Origin: Lachnospiraceae bacterium | GTDB lineage: Bacteria > Bacillota > Clostridia > Lachnospirales > Lachnospiraceae | Reading direction: 5' to 3' | Assembly (NCBI GenBank): GCA_024403615.1 | Contig: JAKSRM010000008.1 | Location: 273-64,272 of the forward strand | DNA length: 64,000 bases | In this document: positions 25,806-38,735 of the stretch, one piece after another | How positions within the stretch are numbered: the first letter of the stretch is position 1 | Layout of the letters: each line of letters begins with the position of its first letter | Position numbers and translations under genes: made by a program | Notes under the pieces: model-generated | Told to the model about the DNA's origin: nothing | What the model saw: the letters and a program-made list of their open reading frames with translations, nothing else | Database searches by the model: none

Positions 25806-26284
25806 AATGACATCTTCTCTCTTTCATCTTTTTTCGGCTGCTCTAAAACTGCGCCGTAGTCTTTGTATCTCTTCATGATAAAGTGGGTAGCGGTTCCGCT
25901 TACGAATTCTACCGGGCTCAGCTTGCTGGATACGAAATTGGCAACCTGACGCATGGTCTTGCCCTCTAAGATAATCAGGAAGTCATAACGACCGGAAATC
26001 AGGTAGCAAGATTTTACTTCATCAAATTTATAGATACGTTCTGCGATGGCATCGAATCCCATTTCACGTCCCGTAGTAACATTTACTTCTATTAATGCGT
26101 CGACTTTTTCTTCGTCGGTGTTGTCCCAGTTAATCAGCGTGTAGTAGCCGCAGATGGTTCCGTCCTGCTCCAGATCCTGGAGCATGTTGGCGACAGCCGC
26201 TTCCTCGGCGCCTAACATTACGGATAACTCCTTCAGGTCGATTCTTGCGTTGTTCTGAATTAATCTTAATAATTCTTCTTTCAT
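25802..26284 (-). CDS. Lrp/AsnC family transcriptional regulator
   Basis: N-terminal wHTH 'LLRLIQNNARIDLKELS' plus a C-terminal RAM-like domain. Start chosen at MKEELL (ATG 26284, SD AAGGAGA). Confidence 0.8.
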   Translation of the reverse strand: MKEELLRLIQNNARIDLKELSVMLGAEEAAVANMLQDLEQDGTICGYYTLINWDNTDEEKVDALIEVNVTTGREMGFDAIAERIYKFDEVKSCYLISGRYDFLIILEGKTMRQVANFVSSKLSPVEFVSGTATHFIMKRYKDYGAVLEQPKKDEREKMSF

Positions 26285-26333
26285 CACTGTCTCCTTTTCT
26301 TTATTTAAAGCCTTTCGGCTGATACTCAAATTT

Positions 26334-26885
26334 TTACCGGTTTGCCAAGTCCTTTGCCTGACGTTCTGGTGGTGTTAAGAACCGTTTCGTTTCCTTATCT
26401 TTCATGACAACGACACGGTCTTTCTTTTTTTGCATAGTTCCGATGATGGTCAGTTGTCCACTATGGTTTCGAATTTTTTCTTCTTCCTCCACAATCAAGA
26501 AGGAACCTTTGGAGGAAGCTTCGTAAGGGTTGATGTCAAATAATTCGCTAATTTCTACAACTTCCTGAAGGATGGGAACGTTTTCAATCCATACCTCACA
26601 GCCGTTAGCGCAGCCTTCTGCTTTCTGCTGTTCACAGGCTTCCCATAAGGCGCCGAAAAGTCCGCCTTCCGTAATTTCTATGACAGCACCATTCTCAACT
26701 TCTCGGTTCTGTTCGTTCATCAGCTCTTCCGCCTTCGGACCAGCTTCCAGAAACTTTTTCAGCCAGAACTTCGGGAATCTTGCTTCTAAAGCCTCCCTGT
26801 TTTCCTCGTATAAGGCTTTCGCCGTTTCATATCCGATTAGTCCTGCAACTGCTATTTTTTTCAAGAAATTCTGTTTCCTTTCCAA
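26334..26885 (-). CDS. Hypothetical protein, PurM/AIR-synthase-related C-terminal-domain-like (short)
   Basis: 'ITEGGLFGALWEACE' and 'ELFDINPYEASSKGSFLIV' resemble the C-terminal domain of AIR-synthase-related proteins. At 183 aa it is about half the usual length. Confidence 0.4.
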   Translation of the reverse strand: MERKQNFLKKIAVAGLIGYETAKALYEENREALEARFPKFWLKKFLEAGPKAEELMNEQNREVENGAVIEITEGGLFGALWEACEQQKAEGCANGCEVWIENVPILQEVVEISELFDINPYEASSKGSFLIVEEEEKIRNHSGQLTIIGTMQKKKDRVVVMKDKETKRFLTPPERQAKDLANR

Positions 26886-26901
26886 CTAACTAATATATAA
26901 G

Positions 26902-26938
26902 AAAAAGCCGACCGTTGCAAGTCTTTGCTACGGCCGGG
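26902..26938 (-). terminator. Rho-independent terminator after the V-ATPase operon
   Basis: Minus strand: cccggccgt-(14-nt loop)-acggtcggc followed by tttttc. One G.U pair. Confidence 0.55.
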
Positions 26939-26960
26939 TAAGTCTTTTCCAATCGTGAAA

Positions 26961-27647
26961 TTACTGAGCTTCTCTGAATTTCGCTTCTGCTTTTTCTTTG
27001 TAATGGTGAGCATCCTCTAACATCATGTCCTTAACTTTCATTAATCGGATCTGAGTGCTTCGTTCATTCTCGTCCAGTTTCATCTGAATGTATTTGATGT
27101 TCTCCTGAGCGGTAGGAATGATGACATGCTCCAAAGCATTTACTCGGCGTCTTGTGTTTTCAATTTCCCGGGCCATGAGCTGGCAGCTTTTTTCAACTTC
27201 CGCCAGACGAAGCATGTCCGTAAACACGCTGGAAATGGACGCGACTGCGCCATCCAAGTCGCTGGATGTAAACGCGTATCCATAAGAATAGATATCATTT
27301 TCGTCTGCCGTTCTGGTTTTGCATTCGAAAATCGGTAGTTCAACGCTCATAACGTTCTTGAAATTAACATTCAAAGCAACGCTCTGGGCAGGTGCGATGA
27401 AAGCAGCATTAACTTCTTCATCTTCCATGCCTGCTTTTGCCAGAACGAAATCTTTATTGGCCGCTGCGATACCTTTTTCTACTTTCTCACGAAGCTCTTT
27501 ATTTTCGCGGATGAGAATCAGGAACTGACGCATCAGTTCATCTCGTTTATCTTTTAATAATTTATGTCCCCGGACTGCGGTAGCTAACTTTTTCTTTTGC
27601 TTCGTCAGCTCCATACGGGTCGGGTTAATCTGTTTCTTTTGAGCCAT
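26961..27647 (-). CDS. ntpD: V-type ATP synthase subunit D
   Basis: 228-aa coiled-coil protein starting 'NPTRMELTKQKKKLATAVRGHKLLKDKRDEL', typical of V/A-type D subunits. Confidence 0.9.
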   Translation of the reverse strand: MAQKKQINPTRMELTKQKKKLATAVRGHKLLKDKRDELMRQFLILIRENKELREKVEKGIAAANKDFVLAKAGMEDEEVNAAFIAPAQSVALNVNFKNVMSVELPIFECKTRTADENDIYSYGYAFTSSDLDGAVASISSVFTDMLRLAEVEKSCQLMAREIENTRRRVNALEHVIIPTAQENIKYIQMKLDENERSTQIRLMKVKDMMLEDAHHYKEKAEAKFREAQ

Positions 27648-27664
27648 TGATTTTCCTCAATAAA

Positions 27665-29035
27665 TTATTTCTCGTAGTATTCATCCAGGAATTCGTCTTT
27701 AATACGTTTCAGTTCGCTTCTTGGAAGGATTCGTAACAGATCCCAGCCAAGTTCCAACGTTTCTTCGATATCCCGGTTGGTATCGAAGCCCTGGGAAACG
27801 TAAAGTTTCTCAAACTCGTCAGAGAACTTCGCATAAATCTTATCCATGTCGCTTAATGCAGCCTCGCCTAATACGACCATCAGCTCCTTCGCTTCTTTTC
27901 CACGGGAATAAGCTGCGAACAACTGGTTCATAGTGTTGGCATGGTCTGCTCTGGTTCTGCCTTCGCCGATTCCTTTATCTTTCAGACGGGAAAGAGATGG
28001 AAGAACATCGATTGGAGGCATAATGCCCTGACGGTATAATTCACGGCTTAAGATAATCTGGCCCTCTGTAATGTAACCGGTAAGGTCAGGGATTGGATGG
28101 GTCTTATCATCTTCTGGCATGGTCAGAATAGGAATCATAGTGATAGAACCATTCTTGCCTTCCTGACGACCAGCTCTTTCATACATAGTAGCTAAGTCGG
28201 TGTACATATAGCCCGGGTAGCCTCGACGTCCCGGAACTTCTTTCTTCGCTGCGCTGACCTCACGAAGGGAGTCTGCGTAGTTGGTAATGTCGGTTAAAAT
28301 AACCAGTACATGCATTTCTTTTTCGAATGCTAAATACTCTGCTGCGGTAAGAGCCATACGAGGAGTAGCCAGACGTTCTACTGCTGGGTCGTTTGCCAGG
28401 TTGATGAACATAACGGTACGATCGATAGCTCCGGTTTCCGTAAATGATTTTGTGAAGAAGTCAGCTTCTTCGAAGGTGATACCCATGGCAGCGAAGACTA
28501 CAGCGAACTGCTCATCGGTTCCGCGAACCTTTGCCTGACGGGCAATCTGTGCTGCTAATTCTGCATGAGGAAGACCACTCATGGAGAAAATAGGAAGCTT
28601 CTGTCCACGAACCAGAGTGTTCAGTCCGTCAATAGCGGAAACACCGGTCTGGATAAACTCCTGAGGATATTTTCTGGCTGCCGGATTCATTGGCAGACCG
28701 TTAATGTCCATTCTCTTTTCTGGAAGAATTTCCGGGCCATCATCGATTGGACGACCTAAACCGTTAAATACTCTTCCCAGCATGTCTTCGGAAACACCAA
28801 GCTCCATGGCTCTTCCCAGGAAACGGACTTTACTATCCTGTGGGTTGATACCGGTAGAGCTTTCGAACAGCTGTACCAGAGCATTGGTTTCATCTATTTC
28901 CAGAACTTTGCATCTTCTCTTTTCGCCACTTGCCAGTTCGATTTCGCCCATTTCATTGTAGGCTACGTTTTCAACGCCCTGAACCAACATCAGAGGACCG
29001 GCGATTTCCTGAATTGTTCTATACTCTTTTGGCAT
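27665..29035 (-). CDS. ntpB: V-type ATP synthase subunit B
   Basis: 456 aa. '[14 protein letters not shown]' and '[18 protein letters not shown]' are typical of the non-catalytic B subunit. Confidence 0.95.
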   Translation of the reverse strand: MPKEYRTIQEIAGPLMLVQGVENVAYNEMGEIELASGEKRRCKVLEIDETNALVQLFESSTGINPQDSKVRFLGRAMELGVSEDMLGRVFNGLGRPIDDGPEILPEKRMDINGLPMNPAARKYPQEFIQTGVSAIDGLNTLVRGQKLPIFSMSGLPHAELAAQIARQAKVRGTDEQFAVVFAAMGITFEEADFFTKSFTETGAIDRTVMFINLANDPAVERLATPRMALTAAEYLAFEKEMHVLVILTDITNYADSLREVSAAKKEVPGRRGYPGYMYTDLATMYERAGRQEGKNGSITMIPILTMPEDDKTHPIPDLTGYITEGQIILSRELYRQGIMPPIDVLPSLSRLKDKGIGEGRTRADHANTMNQLFAAYSRGKEAKELMVVLGEAALSDMDKIYAKFSDEFEKLYVSQGFDTNRDIEETLELGWDLLRILPRSELKRIKDEFLDEYYEK

Positions 29036-29037
29036 AA

Positions 29038-30804
29038 TTAGTCCTCCTTACCCTTTAAATTCTCAATTTCATGTTTCAGCTCATCTAAAATGTTCTGATA
29101 AGCATCTTCGATACGGTCCATAGTCGTATATTTGTAACGACCAATTTTCTCTCGAACCTGCATGTTCACCAAATCGTTCATGTCTACGCCAGAATTGAGA
29201 GCCTCTAAAGACAAATCATAGTATGCTAAAATCAGCTGCATCATGCGGTACTGTTTAATCAAAGGAGTGTAGGTATCTACTTCGTGGAAGGAATCCTGAT
29301 GGAGGAAGTCCTCACGAATAGAAAGCGCTGCTTCCATCTTCAGACGGTCTGCAGAAGAAAGAGCATCCATACCAACTAACTGTACGATTTCCTGAAGAGC
29401 TGCCTCATCACTTAAGATCTGCATGAAACGGGCTCTGCATTCGGTCCAGTTGCCTTCTACACTCTCATCAAACCATTTGCTCATATCCGTAGCATATAAG
29501 GAATAACTGGTCAGCCAGTTAATTGCTGGGAAGTGTCTCTGGTAAGCCAGGTTGGCATCCAATCCCCAGAATACCTTTACAATACGAAGCGTTGCCTGAG
29601 CAACTGGTTCGGAAATATCACCACCAGGAGGAGAAACTGCTCCGATTACGGAAAGAGCTCCCTCTCTAGGATTTAAACCATTGGAAATAACTCGGCCGGC
29701 TCTTTCATAGAACTGAGCCAGACGGCTTCCTAAGTATGCTGGGTAACCTTCTTCACCAGGCATTTCTTCCAGACGACCAGACATTTCACGAAGAGCCTCT
29801 GCCCATCTGGAGGTGGAGTCTGCCATCAAAGCTACGGAATATCCCATGTCACGGAAGTATTCCGCAATGGTAATACCTACGTAGATGGAAGCTTCACGAG
29901 CTGCAACAGGCATATCCGATGTATTTGCAATTAAGACCGTTCGTTCCATTAAGGAATATCCGCTCTTCGGGTCCTTTAATTCCGGGAACTCATTCAGAAC
30001 GTCGGTCATTTCGTTTCCACGCTCACCACAACCGATGTAAACAACGATATCTGCCTCAGACCATTTTGCCAGCTGATGCTGGGTTACGGTTTTACCAGAA
30101 CCGAAAGGTCCAGGAATCGCAGCAGTACCGCCTTTTGCGATTGGGAATAAAGTATCAATAACACGCTGTCCGGTTACCAGAGGAATGTCTGGAGACAGTT
30201 TCTTTTTATAAGGACGACCTACACGAACTGGCCATTTCTGAAGCATGGCAACTTCGGTCTGTTTTCCCTTCGCGTCTTCAATAACCGCTACGGTTTCTTC
30301 CAAAGTAAATTCGCCGCCATCAATGCGGACGATTTTTCCCTTTACGCCGTTTGGAACCATGATTCTCTGCTCAACAACCGGAGTTTCCTTTACGGTTCCG
30401 ATAATGTCGCCGCCTTCTACTTCGTCACCAACAGCTGCCGTAGGAACAAAAGTCCATTTCTTTTCTCTATCCAGAGCAGGTACTTCTACACCCTTTGTCA
30501 GGCTGTTTCCTGTTAATTCTTTGATCTTAACCAGCGGTCTTTGGATACCGTCAAAAATACTTCCGATCAGTCCAGGTCCTAAGTCAACGCTTAAAGGAGC
30601 GCCTGTAGATTCTACTGGTTCTCCTGGTCCTAAACCTGAGGTTTCCTCATAAACCTGAATGGAAGCTTCGTCACCGTGAATCTCAATAATCTCACCAATC
30701 AGTCGTTGATTACTTACACGGACAACGTCGAACATATTGGCATCTCTCATGCCCTTCGCTACAACCAATGGTCCAGCCACTTTTTTAATTGTACCTATGC
30801 TCAT
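29038..30804 (-). CDS. ntpA: V-type ATP synthase catalytic subunit A
   Basis: 588 aa. Walker A 'GPFGSGKT', with a non-homologous-region insertion typical of A subunits. Confidence 0.95.
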   Translation of the reverse strand: MSIGTIKKVAGPLVVAKGMRDANMFDVVRVSNQRLIGEIIEIHGDEASIQVYEETSGLGPGEPVESTGAPLSVDLGPGLIGSIFDGIQRPLVKIKELTGNSLTKGVEVPALDREKKWTFVPTAAVGDEVEGGDIIGTVKETPVVEQRIMVPNGVKGKIVRIDGGEFTLEETVAVIEDAKGKQTEVAMLQKWPVRVGRPYKKKLSPDIPLVTGQRVIDTLFPIAKGGTAAIPGPFGSGKTVTQHQLAKWSEADIVVYIGCGERGNEMTDVLNEFPELKDPKSGYSLMERTVLIANTSDMPVAAREASIYVGITIAEYFRDMGYSVALMADSTSRWAEALREMSGRLEEMPGEEGYPAYLGSRLAQFYERAGRVISNGLNPREGALSVIGAVSPPGGDISEPVAQATLRIVKVFWGLDANLAYQRHFPAINWLTSYSLYATDMSKWFDESVEGNWTECRARFMQILSDEAALQEIVQLVGMDALSSADRLKMEAALSIREDFLHQDSFHEVDTYTPLIKQYRMMQLILAYYDLSLEALNSGVDMNDLVNMQVREKIGRYKYTTMDRIEDAYQNILDELKHEIENLKGKED

Positions 30805-30842
30805 AATTTATGTACCAAGCCTTTCTTAATACTTGTGCTTTT

Positions 30843-31160
30843 CTAATCATTAAAAATAATATCCGATCCGACAGCCTGCTCTACCAGACGCTTTACATCC
30901 TTCATGCCCTGACCAGTGTTTCCACGGATGCCAGGAATCGGAATAATGGCCGGAAGATGATGCTCTTTCTCTTTTGCAACTTCCTCCTGCATTTCTGCGT
31001 AAAGGCTTTCGGTGATATAGATTACGCCAAATCCGGTACCAACCATCTCTTTCAAGATGCGTTTTCCGTCTTCCGCGTTCGCTACCGGCCAAACCTCAAG
31101 GCCCAGGGTCGCAAAGCCGTAGATGGAGTCCAAATCTCCGAGAACACCGATTCTATACAT
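30843..31160 (-). CDS. V-type ATP synthase subunit F
   Basis: 105 aa. 'IGVLGDLDSIYGFATLGLEV' is typical of the F subunit (E. hirae NtpG equivalent). Its position is between C and A. Confidence 0.85.
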   Translation of the reverse strand: MYRIGVLGDLDSIYGFATLGLEVWPVANAEDGKRILKEMVGTGFGVIYITESLYAEMQEEVAKEKEHHLPAIIPIPGIRGNTGQGMKDVKRLVEQAVGSDIIFND

Positions 31161-32142
31161 ATGATTCCCTCAACCTTTCTTTTACCTTTTCTTCCGGTAA
31201 CTGATTTATTTTTCCGGAAAGAATAATCTTAACGGATTTAATTTCATTCTCTTTCGCTACAACATAAGCTGCTAACGGCGAAATGGTGAATGGATTATAC
31301 TTCTGCGGCCGAATCATGGTGATGATACGGTTATCACACCAACGATCAAAGGCTGCCGGGCTCTCTTTAATAGCCTCTAAGGCATCTGCATAAGAAGATT
31401 TTTCCAGATAAGCATAAATGGCATCGATGCCTTCGGTAGCGGCTGCCATAAGCGCGCTTACAGAAATGCTATCGCATTCTGCAAAAGCCTTCTGCAGAAA
31501 ATCCATATTCTTTTTCGCTTTACAAGCTCTGATAGCGATATTTATATTCGCTGCTACGCATTTTAATTCCGCATATTCTTTTAAAAGCTCATTGCCGGAT
31601 TCTTTTGCCGCCTGTTTCATTGCAAACAAAGCTGCACGGTCCAAAATTACATCGCACATCTGGGAATCTCCCGTATGGAATAAAACTTCCCTTGCTTGAG
31701 ATGCAGCGCCTGAAATCTGAGATGAAAATCCAGAAAACTCTCCGCTAGCGGCAGCGGCTTTTATTTTTTCAACTGGAAGAGTTCCGCCTTCTAAATAAAT
31801 ATTCGGAACTTCTTTCTGCACATACGCTTCTTTAATTGCGGCCTTAAAATTATGATAATCCTTTGGCAAACGGAAAATATCAAAGGTATGCATTTCCTGC
31901 TCGTTGCACATGCCACGCATGGCTTTCCATAAATTTTCCCGTTCGGTCCGTAAAAGGTTTTCTGCAGTTAAGTCATCGCCAGAACCCCATCCCCGGTCCC
32001 TTAAGAGGCGGAGACATTCTTCATAAGACTCACTCTGCATTAATTTTTGAAGGTCATTATCACTGAGCAGCTTACTCTCTTTTGCGCGGATTTGTGCGAC
32101 CTGCGAAGCAAACAATCCTTCTGGTAACAGTTTTTCGCCCAT
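31153..32142 (-). CDS. ntpC: V-type ATP synthase subunit C (V0 d-like)
   Basis: 329-aa helical protein in the conserved operon position. It overlaps the F start by 8 nt. Confidence 0.8.
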   Translation of the reverse strand: MGEKLLPEGLFASQVAQIRAKESKLLSDNDLQKLMQSESYEECLRLLRDRGWGSGDDLTAENLLRTERENLWKAMRGMCNEQEMHTFDIFRLPKDYHNFKAAIKEAYVQKEVPNIYLEGGTLPVEKIKAAAASGEFSGFSSQISGAASQAREVLFHTGDSQMCDVILDRAALFAMKQAAKESGNELLKEYAELKCVAANINIAIRACKAKKNMDFLQKAFAECDSISVSALMAAATEGIDAIYAYLEKSSYADALEAIKESPAAFDRWCDNRIITMIRPQKYNPFTISPLAAYVVAKENEIKSVKIILSGKINQLPEEKVKERLRESYV

Positions 32143-32177
32143 AAGCCTCGCTCCTTTCTACTAAATAATCACGAAAA

Positions 32178-32753
32178 TTAGCTGAACAGTATTTGCCCGA
32201 TTTTATCTTGTAAGGACTCTCTCTTTGCTAAAAGAAGTCCGTCGAAAGAACAATTCTCGTCAATGTTTCCATATCCCAGAATAAAACCACCAGAAATATC
32301 TACGGTGTCTTTCGACAGCGTTAAATTCTTCTGCTTTGCCAGATTGATAGTTCCCTCTGGAATTCTTGCAAGATCCTTTTCGTTAAACTGAATGATTCCC
32401 GCATCTGTTCCTGCGTACTTTTCAATCATTTTATCGATAATTGCAAAATATTCCGCAGTATCCAGATTTTCCAGATAGTCCAGGGTGGAATCTAAAATGC
32501 CGTCAATAATTCCCTGTTTTGCAACAAGAATCTTTTTCTTTTCCATCTGAGCTGCAACAGACTGAATCTGTTTTGCAGTAGAAGCAACGTCCAGTTTCGA
32601 TTGGGCTGCAATCTCTGTACGTTTTGCTTCCGCATCTTCCTCAGCCTTTTTCAGAATCTTTTCGGCTTCACTATTGGCAGAGTTAATCGTTTCATTGGCA
32701 GTATCGGTGGCTTCTTTATTTATTTGTTCTAAAATTTTCTCAAGTCCACTCAT
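32178..32753 (-). CDS. ntpE: V-type ATP synthase subunit E
   Basis: 191 aa with an N-terminal long charged helix and a C-terminal globular domain, in the conserved operon position. Confidence 0.8.
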   Translation of the reverse strand: MSGLEKILEQINKEATDTANETINSANSEAEKILKKAEEDAEAKRTEIAAQSKLDVASTAKQIQSVAAQMEKKKILVAKQGIIDGILDSTLDYLENLDTAEYFAIIDKMIEKYAGTDAGIIQFNEKDLARIPEGTINLAKQKNLTLSKDTVDISGGFILGYGNIDENCSFDGLLLAKRESLQDKIGQILFS

Positions 32754-32770
32754 GGAACAATACTCCTTAA

Positions 32771-35274
<2,504 letters not shown>

Positions 35275-35295
35275 TCTTTATACCTCCAGTTACAA

Positions 35296-35604
35296 TTAAG
35301 CAAGTTCAGAAATTACCATCTGAATCGCTTCGTTCTTTTTGCTTTCTGCTTTTTGCTTATATTGTTCAATGACACTATCCGCTCTTTGATCTGCAACAGC
35401 GAAAACACTGTCTTTGGTTTTCTCTACTTCTTCTACTGCTGCTTTCGCAATTTTACTTGCCTCGGATACCGCTGCTTCCATCAGCTGAGCTGCATCATAG
35501 TTGGCTTTACGGATAATGTCCTCTTTTTCCGCTTCTGCATTTTTAATAATCTCTTTGGATTTTGTTTCTGCGTCTTTTATTTTTTGTAATGTTTCTTGAG
35601 CCAT
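35296..35604 (-). CDS. V-type ATP synthase small stalk subunit (G/H-like; E. hirae NtpF equivalent)
   Basis: 102-aa single charged helix and first gene of the operon. SD GGAGG lies upstream. Confidence 0.7.
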   Translation of the reverse strand: MAQETLQKIKDAETKSKEIIKNAEAEKEDIIRKANYDAAQLMEAAVSEASKIAKAAVEEVEKTKDSVFAVADQRADSVIEQYKQKAESKKNEAIQMVISELA

Positions 35605-35669
35605 ATCAGCCTCCGTAACTATTTTCGATTGGTTTCAAATTACAACAAAACCAATTCCCCGCAACTGTA

Positions 35670-35698
35670 ATTATAACAGCACACAAAAAGAAATACAA
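35670..35698 (-). promoter_or_regulatory. Sigma-70-type promoter of the V-ATPase operon
   Basis: Minus strand reads TTGTAT (35698-35693), exactly 17 nt, then TATAAT (35675-35670), about 60 nt upstream of the first ATG. Confidence 0.55.
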
Positions 35699-35764
35699 GA
35701 AATTGTATTTTTTTCTGTACAATACACAAATATCATATTCGAAAATTGTGAAAATTTTTTGTAA

Positions 35765-36250
35765 TCAGATTTTTATGCGTTTAATCAGAATGCCGGAAAT
35801 AACGCCGATAGCCAGTCCAGAAAAAACGGCGAACACGACCAACACCGGAAGATAATATACGATTTGCCATGCATCCAGCAGTAACATGGCAATCAGAATC
35901 TGGCCCACATTATGGCTAACAGCGCCTATGATGCTGACCGTTGCTTTGGATAATTTGGTTTTTCTGCTTAAGATGGTCATCAAAAGAATGCTGATGAAAC
36001 CGCCAGCAACCGAATAAAGTAAACTGATTAAATTGCCAAAAAGAAGGAAGGTTAAAACCATTCGTAAGGCGGAAACGACAGCCGCCTCTTTCCATGACAT
36101 TTTATAAAGTAAAAAGAAAATAACAAGATTCGGAAGTCCCACTTTCATTCCCGGAACTCCCCCAAAGAAAGGGATCAGGCTTTCCACATAAGAAAGGCCT
36201 AACGCCACGACGATACAGGCTGCTAAAAGAGTCAGTTTTTTTGTACTCAT
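35765..36250 (-). CDS. Gx transporter family protein (heptaprenyl diphosphate synthase component I-like, PF07456)
   Basis: 161 aa with about 5 TM. 'IPFFGGVPGMKVGLPNLVIFFLLY' matches the family signature. It overlaps the upstream gene by 4 nt. Confidence 0.7.
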   Translation of the reverse strand: MSTKKLTLLAACIVVALGLSYVESLIPFFGGVPGMKVGLPNLVIFFLLYKMSWKEAAVVSALRMVLTFLLFGNLISLLYSVAGGFISILLMTILSRKTKLSKATVSIIGAVSHNVGQILIAMLLLDAWQIVYYLPVLVVFAVFSGLAIGVISGILIKRIKI

Positions 36251-36606
36251 TGCGGACCTCCTGTTACCGTTACAACTAATTTATGGGGCAGGCAAACGAT
36301 GGTTTCTCCGATATCGGATTTCTTTCCCTGCTGCATGCACAGACCGTCTCTGCAGTCTGCTTCTTTTACATATACTTTGCCTTTTTCAATACAAACGATA
36401 TTGTAAGCTCCATCGGAAGTTTGAAAAGTTTCTTCCCGGTCTTCGCTTAAGCTATAAGACGCTACCGTTTTTCCATCAATGGAGACTTCGGCAAAAGCGC
36501 CTCTTTCCCTTGTGGCCTTTAAGACCACAAAAGAAAGAAGCGCGAATACTAAAATTAAACCTATAATAAGAATATCTTTTTTGTAACGTAAGATATACTT
36601 CTTCAC
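36247..36606 (-). CDS. NusG domain II-containing membrane-anchored protein
   Basis: TM anchor, then a beta-rich domain with 'VEIKDGKVYV'-like 'CIEKGKVYVKEADCRDGLCMQQG'. I prefer the GTG start at 36606 so that it does not overlap the rnfB 3' end. The ORF track extends to 36660. Confidence 0.55.
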   Translation of the reverse strand: MKKYILRYKKDILIIGLILVFALLSFVVLKATRERGAFAEVSIDGKTVASYSLSEDREETFQTSDGAYNIVCIEKGKVYVKEADCRDGLCMQQGKKSDIGETIVCLPHKLVVTVTGGPQ

Positions 36607-36616
36607 AATACGACCC

Positions 36617-37402
36617 TTACAGAATGCACTTTCTTGGGCAAACTTCTTTACATGTGCCACAGTCGGTACATTTTTCTGGATTAATTGTTGCCAGGTTGTT
36701 AACTAAGGTGATAGCTTCTTCTGGACATTTTCTGGTGCATAAACCGCAGCCAACACATCCAGCTTTACAAATCTTAGTTACATGAACGCCCTTTTCGTTG
36801 TTCTTACATTTTACAACGATCTTCTTGGAAGCAGGTAAAATACGGATAACGTGCTGTGGGCAAGCTCTAGCGCAAGCGCCGCAACCCTGGCAACGAATGT
36901 CATTAACATGTGCCAGACCGTTAATAATGTTAATTGCCTGTTCCGGACAAGCTACTGCACAGTCGCCATAGCCCAGGCAGCCGAAAGAGCAAGCTCCGTC
37001 GCCTGAGAATAACAGCTTAGCTGCTTTACAGGAAGTCTGTCCTACATAGTGTTCTTTCTTTAAGGTTGAGTCGTTATTTCCAAGACAGCAAACAACTGCA
37101 ATCTTAGGTTCTGCTGCTACAGCTTCACGACCGGTAACCTTAGCTAATGCTTCCAGGGAAGTTTTTCCGCCGGCAGCACATTTATTAATTTCAGTTTCTT
37201 TTCCATCAACGATAGCCTGAGCATATCCATCGCATCCTGGGTAACCGCATCCACCGCAGTTAGCGCCAGGGAGACATTCTCTGACTTTAGTAAAGCTCTC
37301 ATCCACCGGAACTGCAAGGAATTTTGATGCTAATACCAGAAGGATAGCTGCTACTGCGCCAATGGCTGCTAAGATAAGAACCGCTGTTACAATTGGATTC
37401 AT
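36617..37402 (-). CDS. rnfB: Rnf complex subunit B (polyferredoxin)
   Basis: N-terminal TM, 'CGGCGYPGCDGYA' and several CxxCxxCxxxCP 4Fe-4S motifs. Confidence 0.9.
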   Translation of the reverse strand: MNPIVTAVLILAAIGAVAAILLVLASKFLAVPVDESFTKVRECLPGANCGGCGYPGCDGYAQAIVDGKETEINKCAAGGKTSLEALAKVTGREAVAAEPKIAVVCCLGNNDSTLKKEHYVGQTSCKAAKLLFSGDGACSFGCLGYGDCAVACPEQAINIINGLAHVNDIRCQGCGACARACPQHVIRILPASKKIVVKCKNNEKGVHVTKICKAGCVGCGLCTRKCPEEAITLVNNLATINPEKCTDCGTCKEVCPRKCIL

Positions 37403-37414
37403 CGCTTTTCCTCC

Positions 37415-38014
37415 TTATTTGAATAATGCATCGGCAATGCCGGTGAAGCCCATAAATGTCATACTGGTTAAAGCTGCTGCTACCAGAGTAATAGGCAGAC
37501 CTGAGAAGCATTTTGGAGGTTTTGCTCTCTCTAATGCTTTACGAACACCACAGAACAGAATCATAGCAAGACCGAAACCTACACCTGCTGTTAAGCCGTC
37601 GATTACAGACTCTAAGAAGTTGTAAGTGTTGGTAATGTTCAGCAGAGTTACTGCTAATACTGCACAGTTTGTAGTAATCAGAGGCAGGTAAATGCCTAAG
37701 GAATTGTATAACGATTTCAGGAACTTTTTCAGAACAATTTCAACGAACTGTACCAATGCCGCAATGACAAGGATAAAGATGATGGTTGAAAGATATTCGA
37801 TGTGTAACGGAACCATTATGAAGTTGTAGATTAACCAGGTTACTGCGGATGCCAGAGTCATAACGAAAATAACGGCGCCTGACATACCAACGCTGGAATC
37901 AAGTTTCTTTGATACACCAAGGAATGGACAGATAGCAATGAACTGTACCAATACATAGTTCTCGGTGAAGATCATGGAGAATGCAATTAATAAAAGTTTC
38001 GTAGCGCCTGTCAT
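37415..38014 (-). CDS. rnfA: Rnf complex subunit A
   Basis: 199 aa with 6 TM. The 'ENYVLVQFIAICPFLGVS' signature is shared with NqrE/RnfA. Confidence 0.9.
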   Translation of the reverse strand: MTGATKLLLIAFSMIFTENYVLVQFIAICPFLGVSKKLDSSVGMSGAVIFVMTLASAVTWLIYNFIMVPLHIEYLSTIIFILVIAALVQFVEIVLKKFLKSLYNSLGIYLPLITTNCAVLAVTLLNITNTYNFLESVIDGLTAGVGFGLAMILFCGVRKALERAKPPKCFSGLPITLVAAALTSMTFMGFTGIADALFK

Positions 38015-38722
38015 TTATTTCTCCACCTCCGTTTCCTCTTCTTTTTTGATGTCCTGGATACGGTTTTCGCAGCCTAAGTTGCAGTTGCCGCATGCGCCGT
38101 CGCAACCGATTCTAGGATCAAATTTCTTGCCTTTTTTGCCTAAAGCAAAGATCAGAACTGCCATAGCAATACCGAACAGTAAGAATCCGCCAGGAGTCTG
38201 GCCGATGATACCAATCTGATATCCTTCTGGGATAATACGCAGACCGTAAATTGTACCGGAAGCGAAAAGCTCACGAACAACAGCGATTGCGCAAATTACT
38301 ACAGTGTAACCAATGCCCATGCCCAGACCATCCAGGAGACTGTCAACTACGCCATTCTTGGATGCGAACATTTCGGCACGGCCTAATACGATACAGTTAA
38401 CAACGATCAGTGCAAGGAAGATACCTAAGGAGCTGTAAAGATCCGGCAGGAAAGCTTCTGTGATCATTTCAACCAATGTTACGAAGGTTGCAATAACAAC
38501 GATGAAACATGGGATACGGACTTTGTCCGGAATAATTTTTCTTAAAAGGGAGATAACTACGTTTGATCCTACCAGTACGAAGGTTAAAGCAGCACCCATA
38601 CCAAGAGCACCCTGAACGGTTACGGAAATAGCCAGAACGGAGCAGCATCCTAATAAGAGAATCAGAACCGGATTCTCTTTAAAAATACCATTTGTAAAAA
38701 TTTGCCATTTACTCTTTTTCAT
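38015..38722 (-). CDS. rnfE: Rnf complex subunit E
   Basis: 'FKENPVLILLLGCCSVLA' is the RnfE/NqrD signature. A Cys-rich C-terminal tail is present. Confidence 0.9.
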   Translation of the reverse strand: MKKSKWQIFTNGIFKENPVLILLLGCCSVLAISVTVQGALGMGAALTFVLVGSNVVISLLRKIIPDKVRIPCFIVVIATFVTLVEMITEAFLPDLYSSLGIFLALIVVNCIVLGRAEMFASKNGVVDSLLDGLGMGIGYTVVICAIAVVRELFASGTIYGLRIIPEGYQIGIIGQTPGGFLLFGIAMAVLIFALGKKGKKFDPRIGCDGACGNCNLGCENRIQDIKKEEETEVEK

Positions 38723-38735
38723 CTCTTAGCCCCCT

